This document shows, one piece after another, positions 56,804-64,000 of a DNA stretch of 64,000 nucleotides. The stretch's first letter is position 1, and every line of letters begins with the position of its first letter. Source of the stretch: an uncultured Methanosarcinales archaeon (GTDB taxonomy: Archaea; Nanobdellota; Nanobdellia; Woesearchaeales; GW2011-AR9); assembly GCA_964344285.1 (NCBI GenBank), contig CAYFMM010000002.1, forward strand, positions 72 through 64,071, written 5' to 3'. The position numbers were made by a program, and so were the translations under genes. The notes beneath the pieces were generated by a model. The model was not told where the DNA came from. It searched no databases and was given only the letters and a program-made list of their open reading frames with translations.

Positions 56804-57649
56804 TTAATCAGCGCAGAGTAGAGATAGTTCTATCTGTAATGGCACTATCCTCCGTGCTTCTTTATTTTCATGAGCTGCTAATGCTACTGCATCTGCAAGG
56901 TTTTGACCGTATTGTAAACGAATTTCTTCATGAATTCGTAAACGATCTAATTTATTATATCTTATTCTCTTATGAACAATTTCTCGAAAATCTCCTTTAG
57001 TAACTAACTTTTCACGTAACAATCCTTCCCGAACAACTAGTGCCAAAGAAAAATAATCTGCTCGAAAATCTATAGGCTCACATCGTGCTTGTTCTGGCGC
57101 CATATATTCAACAGTCCCAAAAAGAGTTGTTGTTTGTTCTAAAGATGTATCTTGATTCTTTTTTGTTGCCAAGCCAAAATCAGATAAAATTGCAGGGCCA
57201 CGATTAAATGGAAGTAAGATATTATCCGGTTTCACATCTCCGTGAACGTATTGACAACCATGTACATATTCAAAAGCATCAGCAATATCAACACCCATAG
57301 CTGCAACTTCACAAACACCCATATTTTGTGTATATGCTGTTGCTAAAGGTGTACCACTAAAGTAAAAAAAGCAAACTTGGGCTCTTTCATCAGTATTGCC
57401 ATTTGTGTACCAATAAGGACGAGGTAGTCCTTTACACACCTCCCCTGTTTGTTCATGAATTGCATGAAGTATCTTTGCTTCATTAACAATAGGACCATTA
57501 TATCCTGGATCTCGTGCAACTTTCAAAATACCTGTAAATCCTTGATTTGGAAATGCCATAAACATCACATCACTCATCCCACCATATCCAAAAAGAGATA
57601 AGTGAAACTCTTCTGTTGCGTCTAATCTTTGATCCATTTTACACCCCAA
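56804..57649 (-). CDS. Hanks-type protein kinase, non-RD ('HGD') variant
   Basis: Catalytic loop 'YVHGDVKPDNILL', DFG 'LSDFGLATK' and APE-like 'GTVEYMAPEQ'. Compact at 281 aa. Confidence 0.65.
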   Translation of the reverse strand: MGCKMDQRLDATEEFHLSLFGYGGMSDVMFMAFPNQGFTGILKVARDPGYNGPIVNEAKILHAIHEQTGEVCKGLPRPYWYTNGNTDERAQVCFFYFSGTPLATAYTQNMGVCEVAAMGVDIADAFEYVHGCQYVHGDVKPDNILLPFNRGPAILSDFGLATKKNQDTSLEQTTTLFGTVEYMAPEQARCEPIDFRADYFSLALVVREGLLREKLVTKGDFREIVHKRIRYNKLDRLRIHEEIRLQYGQNLADAVALAAHENKEARRIVPLQIELSLLCAD

Positions 57650-57941
57650 GCATTTCCCTTAATTCTTCACTTGGTTTCCAAGCAGGCTCAAAGGTGATTT
57701 CAATTGTAACATCGTCTGCACCCTGTTCTTTGATCATCGTTTCAAGTTCGTCAATCATTTGTGGACCAAGTGGACACATAGGAGAGGTAAAGGTCATTTT
57801 TACCCAAACGTTTATTTTGCCATCTTGTTCTTTTACCGTAAAATCGTAAATTAGTCCAAGTGCCCAAACGTCGATATGGAGTTCCGGATCTAAGTATTTT
57901 TTGAATACTTGTTCAATAATTTGTTCTTTTGTAATTGTCAT
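57639..57941 (-). CDS. sufT: DUF59/MIP18-family Fe-S cluster assembly protein (SufT-like)
   Basis: 'IDVWALGLIYDFTV...VWVKMTFTSPMCPLGPQMIDELE' has the conserved CP(L) motif and DUF59 layout. Adjacent to the SUF operon. Confidence 0.65.
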   Translation of the reverse strand: MTITKEQIIEQVFKKYLDPELHIDVWALGLIYDFTVKEQDGKINVWVKMTFTSPMCPLGPQMIDELETMIKEQGADDVTIEITFEPAWKPSEELREMLGV

Positions 57942-57943
57942 TT

Positions 57944-58504
57944 TTATCGTGTTGGTCTTAATGCAGTTAAGACTTCTTGTGTTGTTGCAAGTTGTAATTT
58001 ATCTGCAGGAACTGAAGTCACTTCACTCAAAACACCCTCTTTCCAAGTAGAAGCATTATCTGATCTGTATGCTGGAAATAAAGCATCATAGACACCCACT
58101 ACATTATAGCCCAAATTAAGTGCTTCGATTGCACTTACTGCTGCACAGCCATTTGGTTTGGTTCCTGTAATTAACACTGTATCTCTTCCTTGTGATTTTA
58201 AATAATTATTTAAACCCAAACTTGAACTGGAAGTATCAAAAGCACTCATGTCTTGTCCTTTCACGTATCGTGCAGATTCATTTGATTGTGAAATTGCTTG
58301 TGTAATCCACTTGTGAGTTGGTCCTTGATTTTTCATTTCAATTAAAGTCCTACCTAATTCTCTTGGTGATCTTGTAATTAGGCCACAGAGATTCATTAAA
58401 GGCCGAGAGTAATTCATAGGATTAGGTCCCACTTCTTGTTCTGTAAAACTTGGTTGCATATGAATTACAAGCAGTTCTGTTTTTGTAGGATCTAAGTATT
58501 GCAT
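57944..58504 (-). CDS. Isochorismatase-family cysteine hydrolase
   Basis: 'DTVLITGTKPNGCAAVSAIEALNLGYNVVGVYDA' matches the isochorismatase catalytic Cys region. Confidence 0.65.
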   Translation of the reverse strand: MQYLDPTKTELLVIHMQPSFTEQEVGPNPMNYSRPLMNLCGLITRSPRELGRTLIEMKNQGPTHKWITQAISQSNESARYVKGQDMSAFDTSSSSLGLNNYLKSQGRDTVLITGTKPNGCAAVSAIEALNLGYNVVGVYDALFPAYRSDNASTWKEGVLSEVTSVPADKLQLATTQEVLTALRPTR

Positions 58505-58505
58505 T

Positions 58506-59246
58506 TTAGTTAATTATTTTTTCAAAGCCTTCTTTTTCAATTTGCTGTGCAAGTTCAAAGCCACCTTGCTTGATGATATTTCCTTTATAGAGGATACTTA
58601 CTTTATGTGGTTTGAGGTATTGTAAGAATCTGTTGTAGTGAGTAATTACAACAACTCCCATTTGTGTGTGTTCTCGTGCAGTGATTATATTTTCTGCTAC
58701 AGTTTTAATTGCGTCTACGTCTAGTCCAGAGTCTGTTTCGTCAAGTAATGCGTATTTTGGCTCAAGTAGCATTAGCTGTAACATTTCATTACGCTTCTTT
58801 TCTCCCCCTGAAAAACCATGATTAAGTGCTCTTCTACTAAAGGCAGGATCCATTTTAAGAAGTGCCATTTTTTCTTTGAGAATTTTATGAAAATCAATTA
58901 CAGAGAGTTTGTTTCCTTCATCACGTTTTGCATTTACTGCTGTTCGTAAGAAATTACTGATAGTTACACCTTGAACTTCTTGGGGGTATTGAAATGATAA
59001 AAACAGTCCTGCTTTTGCACGAATGTTTACGGGTTCGTGTGTAATGTCTTTTCCATCAAGGATTATTTTTCCCTGCGTGATTTTGTATTTTGGATGACCC
59101 ATTAATGCGTTTGCAAGGGTGGATTTTCCAGAGCCATTAGGCCCCATAATTACGTGAATTGAGTCTGGTTCAAAAACAAGGTTAATCCCGTTAAGGATTT
59201 GTGTTCCTTCAACTTCAACGTGTAAATTTTGTATTTCGAGTGCCAT
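58506..59246 (-). CDS. sufC: Fe-S cluster assembly ATPase SufC
   Basis: Walker A 'GPNGSGKSTL'. ABC signature/Walker B region 'LLDETDSGLD'. 246 aa. Confidence 0.9.
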   Translation of the reverse strand: MALEIQNLHVEVEGTQILNGINLVFEPDSIHVIMGPNGSGKSTLANALMGHPKYKITQGKIILDGKDITHEPVNIRAKAGLFLSFQYPQEVQGVTISNFLRTAVNAKRDEGNKLSVIDFHKILKEKMALLKMDPAFSRRALNHGFSGGEKKRNEMLQLMLLEPKYALLDETDSGLDVDAIKTVAENIITAREHTQMGVVVITHYNRFLQYLKPHKVSILYKGNIIKQGGFELAQQIEKEGFEKIIN

Positions 59247-59258
59247 TTTTTATTGTAT

Positions 59259-60965
59259 TTATTGTGTTGTTTCAAGACCTTTGTGCAGTGCCTTAAGTGA
59301 GAGTAGTGCACATTTCATTCTAGAGTGACTGATGGGAATTCCCAGTAAGTCAAAGATATCTTGTTGGGTAAGTTGGTGTAGTTTTTCTTTTGTCATGCCT
59401 TTTATTTTGTCTGTGAGCATGGAAATTGACGCTTGACTAATTGCACAGCCATCCCCTTGAAAGCCAACTTGTGTAACTTTATTATTTTCAAGTGTTACAT
59501 AGAGCGTAATATTGTCCCCACATAGAGGATTTACTTCTTTGTGTTTGAAAGTATAGTCTTTTAAAGTTTTAAAGTTGTGAGGGTTTTTGTAGTGATCAAT
59601 AATATTTTCTTTATAGAGTTCTTGCTCTTCAGTTAGTTTTTGTGAAGAGATTTCATTTCGATCGTATGTTATTTGTTCTGGTTCCTTGTTTGTTGTAGCT
59701 TGATCTTTTGATGTAGCAGTGTAATCAAAAAGAACATTTTTAATTCCCTCAATGAGTTTGTCTACATCTTCTTTTGTATTGTAAAGATAAAATGATGCTC
59801 TTGTTGTGCCTGAAATATTAAGAGATTTCATCAAAGGTCCACAACAGTGATGTCCTGCCCGTACTGCAATGTTTTGTTGATTTAATTCTTCGCTTATATC
59901 ATGTGGGTGTAAGTTATCAATTGTAAAGGAGATGACCGCGCCACGATGAGCTGCATTTGGTGTACTGAGTATAGTTAAACCATGTTTTGTGAGGGGTTGA
60001 AGAAGTTTGAGTGCATAAGTTGTAAGCTCTGTTGTGTGTGCATGAATTTTTTCCATACCAATTTGTTCAAGGTATTTTACCGCTGCTGCAAGTCCAATTG
60101 CGCCAGCAATATTTGGTGTTCCTGCTTCAAATTTTTCTGGAAGATCTGCCCAAGTTGTTTTTTCCTTTGTAACTTCTAAGATCATTCCACCCCCAGTGTA
60201 GGAGGGAGGTAATTTTTGTAAGATCTCTTTTTTTGCGTAGAGTACACCTATTCCTGTTGGGCCACACATTTTATGTCCTGAAAAAGCAAGAAAATCACAA
60301 TTAAGTTGTGTTACATCGATTGGTATGTGTGGTGCTGATTGTGCAGCGTCTACGATGATTAATGCGTTGTTTTTATGTGCAAGATTTGTAAGTTCTTTAA
60401 TTGGATTAATTGTCCCTAGAACGTTTGAGATGTGTGTTACTGCTACAAGTTTTGTTTTTGGCGTGATTAATTTTTCAGCTTGTTGCATGTCTAGTTCATA
60501 ATCTTTTGTGATAGGAATGAATTTAAGAGTGCATTTTTTTTGGAGTGCTAGTTGCTGCCATGGGACAAAGTTGCTATGGTGTTCCATTTCTGTAAGCACT
60601 ATCTCATCTCCCGGTTGAAGGTTGATTAGTTCGGATGATTGTGCAAAGGAATGTGCTAAGGTGTTCATTGCATGTGTTGTGCCAGAGGTAAAAATTATTT
60701 CTTCAGGTTGTGCGTTAATGAATTTAGCAAGAGTTTCATGAGCTTGTTCATAAAGGATTGTTGCTTTTTGTGAGAGAGTGTGAATTCCTCTATGTACATT
60801 AGCATTTGATTTTTCATAGAAGTCAATAATTGCTTGAATTACTGATTGTGGCTTTTGTGTAGTTGCAGCATTATCTAGATAGACTAAGTTTGGATTGTTG
60901 TTAAAAATTGGAAAGTCTTCTTGTTTCATTTTTGTATTTTGTATTTTACCCTGAATTCCGCACAC
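59259..60965 (-). CDS. sufS: Cysteine desulfurase SufS fused to C-terminal SufU/IscU-like scaffold domain
   Basis: PLP-Lys 'FSGHKMCGPTGIG' and catalytic Cys loop 'RAGHHCCGPL'. C-terminal ~130 aa 'NPLCGDNITLYV...GDGCAISQASISMLTDKIKG...SRMKCALL' carries the three Cys of NifU-N/SufU. Alternative start at 60929 (MKQEDF...). Confidence 0.85.
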   Translation of the reverse strand: MCGIQGKIQNTKMKQEDFPIFNNNPNLVYLDNAATTQKPQSVIQAIIDFYEKSNANVHRGIHTLSQKATILYEQAHETLAKFINAQPEEIIFTSGTTHAMNTLAHSFAQSSELINLQPGDEIVLTEMEHHSNFVPWQQLALQKKCTLKFIPITKDYELDMQQAEKLITPKTKLVAVTHISNVLGTINPIKELTNLAHKNNALIIVDAAQSAPHIPIDVTQLNCDFLAFSGHKMCGPTGIGVLYAKKEILQKLPPSYTGGGMILEVTKEKTTWADLPEKFEAGTPNIAGAIGLAAAVKYLEQIGMEKIHAHTTELTTYALKLLQPLTKHGLTILSTPNAAHRGAVISFTIDNLHPHDISEELNQQNIAVRAGHHCCGPLMKSLNISGTTRASFYLYNTKEDVDKLIEGIKNVLFDYTATSKDQATTNKEPEQITYDRNEISSQKLTEEQELYKENIIDHYKNPHNFKTLKDYTFKHKEVNPLCGDNITLYVTLENNKVTQVGFQGDGCAISQASISMLTDKIKGMTKEKLHQLTQQDIFDLLGIPISHSRMKCALLSLKALHKGLETTQ

Positions 60966-60979
60966 TGAGCTCCGCCCAT

Positions 60980-62440
60980 TTAGTGCCCTTCAATTTCTAT
61001 TTCAATTAGCTTGTTTAGCTCTACTGCGTATTCTAATGGTAGTGCTTTAACAATTGGTGCAATAAATCCAGAGACAATCATTTTAACTGCTTCTTCTTCA
61101 CTAAGACCACGACTCATAAGATAGAAGATGTGTTCGTCTCCGATTTTTCCAACAGTTGCTTCGTGTGCAGCGTCTACTTCTGGAGTGTCGATTTCAAGTA
61201 CGGGAATTGCGTCTGATTTTGATTTATTGTCTAAGATTAGTCCGTTACATGCCATGTAGGCTTTTGAGTTTACTGCTTTTGGTAAAACCTTTACAAGTCC
61301 TCTGTATGTTGAGATCCCTCCGCTTTTAGAGATGCTTTTTGAGTCTATTGTAGAGGTTGTGTTTGGTGCTGCGTGAATAACTTTACTTCCAGTGTCTTGA
61401 TTTTGTCCTTCGCTAGCAAAGGCAATACCGAGGCTATCACTTGATGCACCTTGTCCAATAAGAACAGAGCAAGGATAGAGCATGGTTACTGCACTACCAA
61501 CGTTGCCGTTAAGCCATTTGATTGATGCGTCTTTGTAAACCATTGCACGTTTTGTGTTTAGGTTGTAGACGTTTCTACTCCAATTTTCAATAGAGGAGTA
61601 AATCATTTTTGCATTATCATGAACAAAAATCTCTACGCATCCTGCGTGTAATGAGTTTTTTGAGTATCTTGGAGAAGAGCATCCTTCGATATAATGTAGT
61701 TCTGCTCCTTCATCAACAATAATTAAGGTGTGTTCAAATTGCCCGCCACGCTGTGCGTTCATTCTAAAGTATGCTTGAAGGGGGAGTTCTACCTTGACAT
61801 TTTTTGGAACATAAATGAATGTGCCACCACTCCAGACTGCTGCATGAAGCATGATGAGTTTGTGATCTGTAATGGGGATACATTTTGTCATGAAATATTT
61901 TTTTACTAAATCAGGATATTTTTGTAAAGCCACATCCATATTTTCAAAGATCACACCTTTTTCTTGGAGGGTCTTTTGTAAGTTGTGATAAATCATGCCA
62001 GAATCGTACTGTGCTCCAGCTCCTGCAAGTGCTTTTTTTTCAGCTTCAGGAATTCCTAGTCTGTCAAAAGTTTTTTTGATATCTTCTGGAACATCATCCC
62101 AGTTGTTTGTTTCTTTTGCGTTTGGGTCGACATAGTAAATGATTTCATCAAAGTCAAGGTCTTTTAGAGATGGACCCCAGTTAGGCATTGGTGTTTTTAA
62201 GAATAATTTTAGTGCTTTGAGTCTTTTTTCTAGCATCCATTCTGGTTCATTTTTTGATTTTGAGACATATCTAACTAGTTCTTCAGATAGACCTGGTTCT
62301 GCAGTGAATTTTGGAGCATGGGAATCAGCAGATTCATATCTAGTTCTATCAATTTCAATCTGCTTTGAAGTGCTTTTTATCTCTTGAGTAGAGGTACTAT
62401 TTTGAGTCTGGTTAGAGCTATTTTGAGCTGTATTTGCCAT
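60980..62440 (-). CDS. sufB: Fe-S cluster assembly protein SufB
   Basis: C-terminal beta-helix region 'GCSSPRYSKNSLHAGCVEIFVHDNAKMIYSSIENWS...' matches the SufB/SufD family at SufB-typical length (486 aa). Sits upstream of sufS and sufC in the same orientation. Confidence 0.85.
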   Translation of the reverse strand: MANTAQNSSNQTQNSTSTQEIKSTSKQIEIDRTRYESADSHAPKFTAEPGLSEELVRYVSKSKNEPEWMLEKRLKALKLFLKTPMPNWGPSLKDLDFDEIIYYVDPNAKETNNWDDVPEDIKKTFDRLGIPEAEKKALAGAGAQYDSGMIYHNLQKTLQEKGVIFENMDVALQKYPDLVKKYFMTKCIPITDHKLIMLHAAVWSGGTFIYVPKNVKVELPLQAYFRMNAQRGGQFEHTLIIVDEGAELHYIEGCSSPRYSKNSLHAGCVEIFVHDNAKMIYSSIENWSRNVYNLNTKRAMVYKDASIKWLNGNVGSAVTMLYPCSVLIGQGASSDSLGIAFASEGQNQDTGSKVIHAAPNTTSTIDSKSISKSGGISTYRGLVKVLPKAVNSKAYMACNGLILDNKSKSDAIPVLEIDTPEVDAAHEATVGKIGDEHIFYLMSRGLSEEEAVKMIVSGFIAPIVKALPLEYAVELNKLIEIEIEGH

Positions 62441-62529
62441 TAATTAACGATTGTTAACTCTGTTTTATAAATGTTATGGGGTGAAAGAGAGGAGTTACCT
62501 TTTTATAGTCATAGAGATTAATTTCTTTT

Positions 62530-64000
62530 GAGGCAATAGATGGAACGAGATGATTATCAAGATATTCTAGAGAAGTATAAGGCTAGAGTGAGGGACGAGT
62601 TTGGAGAGACGTCACAACAAGAGATTAAGGTAACGTCACAAGAGTATTCACAGTTTAAACAGGAATTATACCCCACACATTATTCTTTGTATGAGAGGGG
62701 ATGTAATTTTGCAGAGAATGCATTGAAGTTAAAGGTTGATCCTAAAAAAGCTGTTGAAAAACAAAAGAATTTAGATATTTGTCATTTGAATGTGAGCCCT
62801 TCAGGAGTTTTATCATTTGCAATTTTAATGGGATTATTTGTAATGGTCTTTGGATCATTAATTTTGTTTGCAGCACCGATTATTTTAGGATTAGAACCAA
62901 TGTTGTTTTTAGTGATGTTTGCACTCATTGGGGGTTTAGCGTTAATTCCAGCATTGCAAAAGTATCCTGATTTTTTAGCCAATAGATGGAGGATGAAGGC
63001 ATCAAACCAAATGGTGCAAAGCATTTTTTATCTTGTAACATATATGCGACATACATCAAACTTAGAGCGTGCAATTGAGTTTGCTGCTGAGCATTTAGAG
63101 GCTCCTTTATCACTGGATTTTAGAAAGATTTTATGGGACGTTGAAACACAAAAGTATAGCACAATTCGCGATAGTGCAAATGCATATTTAGAAACGTGGA
63201 AAGAATGGAATAAAGAATTTGTTGAAGCATTTCATTTAGTGGAGTCTTCTTTGTTTGAAGGTTCTGAAGATAGAAGATTAGCATTATTAGATAAGTCATT
63301 AAGTGTTATTTTGAATGGAACATATGAGAATATGTTACATTATGCACATAATCTAAAGGGACCAATGACAATGCTTCACATGTTAGGAATTATCTTGCCA
63401 ATTTTGGGTTTAGTTATTTTACCATTGGTTGTAAGTTTTTTGGGAAGTGAAACCAGCCCATTTACAATGGCTGTGTATATTTCGTTGTTGTATAATATTA
63501 CAATTCCTATTGCAGTGTATTATTTAGGGCAGACAATTCTTGCAAAAAGACCAGCAGGATATGGTGCAACTGATATTAGCGAGAAGAAAGGCTTTAGAAA
63601 GTTACGTAATGTAAATATTCCTTTAGGTAAGAAGCTTTCTATTAGTGTCAATCCTTTTTATTTTAGTATTATGGTATTTGCAGTAGCATTTTTGATGGGA
63701 ATTAGCCCATTAGTGTTGCATGCAGTTGGTGCAAGTGATTTTAGTTTTGATAGCAGAGGAAGTATTAAGATGTTGGATTATGTTTGTCCACCGCAGTTTG
63801 GTACTCCTTGTGATGCATCTGTACAAGTTGGTCCATACGGCATGGGTGCAGCAATGTTATCTTTAGTGTTGATTGCAGGACTAGGTGCAAGTATTGGACT
63901 ATTTTTTGCATTGCGATCAAAGAATGTGATTAAGGTTCGAGAGAGAACTAAATTATTAGAAGATGAATTTTCTTCTGCATTGTTTCAGTTAGGAAATAGA
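62530..64000 (+). CDS. FlaJ/TadC/PilC-like secretion-system membrane platform protein (partial, runs off window end)
   Basis: My own translation from ATG 62530 is open to 64000 (>490 aa), so it is absent from the ORF track. Cytoplasmic helical domains alternate with hydrophobic helix pairs ('VLSFAILMGLFVMVFGSLILFAAPIILGL', 'MLHMLGIILPILGLVILPLVVSFLG'). '...ERTKLLEDEFSSALFQLGNR' resembles the T2SSF-domain start. Confidence 0.55.

Noticed and set aside
56804-57649. Calling 56804..57649 a Bud32/RIO-type kinase because of the HGD catalytic motif
   Set aside because: An activation-segment APE-like motif ('VEYMAPEQ') and a KPDN catalytic loop are present. Bud32 and RIO kinases lack these, so a Hanks-type non-RD kinase is more consistent.

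Overview
The window is AT-rich (roughly 35% GC by eye) and looks archaeal, with dense, compact gene packing. Archaeal markers: ribosomal protein S6e, FtsZ together with an archaeal-type SepF, a tRNA carrying an anticodon-loop intron, a FlaI/FlaJ-type secretion ATPase with a platform protein, and many N-glycosylation sequons in surface proteins. Overall it resembles a DPANN-like or other small-genome archaeon, but I cannot confirm the taxon without a database search.

The housekeeping flanks (1-10.6 kb and 47.5-64 kb) carry:
- ftsZ, a nitroreductase, two tandem GNAT acetyltransferases and rps6e;
- three eukaryotic-like (Hanks-type) Ser/Thr kinases and an AbrB-PhoU-like regulator;
- sepF, three tandem paralogous 4-TM membrane proteins and two coiled-coil proteins;
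- a type II/IV secretion-family ATPase and, at the far end, a partial FlaJ/TadC-like platform protein;
- a complete SUF operon (sufB, a sufS-sufU fusion, sufC, an isochorismatase-like gene, a sufT/DUF59-like gene).

The centre (10.7-47.5 kb, ~37 kb) is an accessory region made almost entirely of giant secreted or membrane-anchored proteins. From 10.7 to 38.5 kb these form an uninterrupted run of 12 minus-strand genes:
- proteins with cohesin-like N-domains and unusual single-loop dockerin-like C-modules;
- proteins carrying 'CGDGxxxxGEECD'-type (Myxococcus-like) cysteine-rich repeats;
- a beta-helix/LamG protein with two dockerin-like modules;
- a duplicated pair made of a type II 'MAK...' membrane protein followed by a type I 'WxC' Cys-rich membrane protein;
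- a 2482-aa protein with ~9-10 FN3-like and 3 CARDB-like repeats plus a Gly-rich segment;
- a 1525-aa subtilase with a C-terminal 'DPEDG' Ig-like array.
Next come two beta-propeller (SBBP-repeat) proteins, one of 1182 aa with a heavily N-glycosylated Ig-like stalk.

A tyrosine integrase lies next to tRNA-Ser(GCU) at 47.3 kb. A 13-bp copy of that tRNA's 3' end sits at 25.12 kb. Together these suggest that ~22 kb of the adhesin/protease cluster is a tRNA-integrated mobile island. I see this as a candidate multi-component, cohesin-dockerin-like cell-surface attachment system, partly island-borne.
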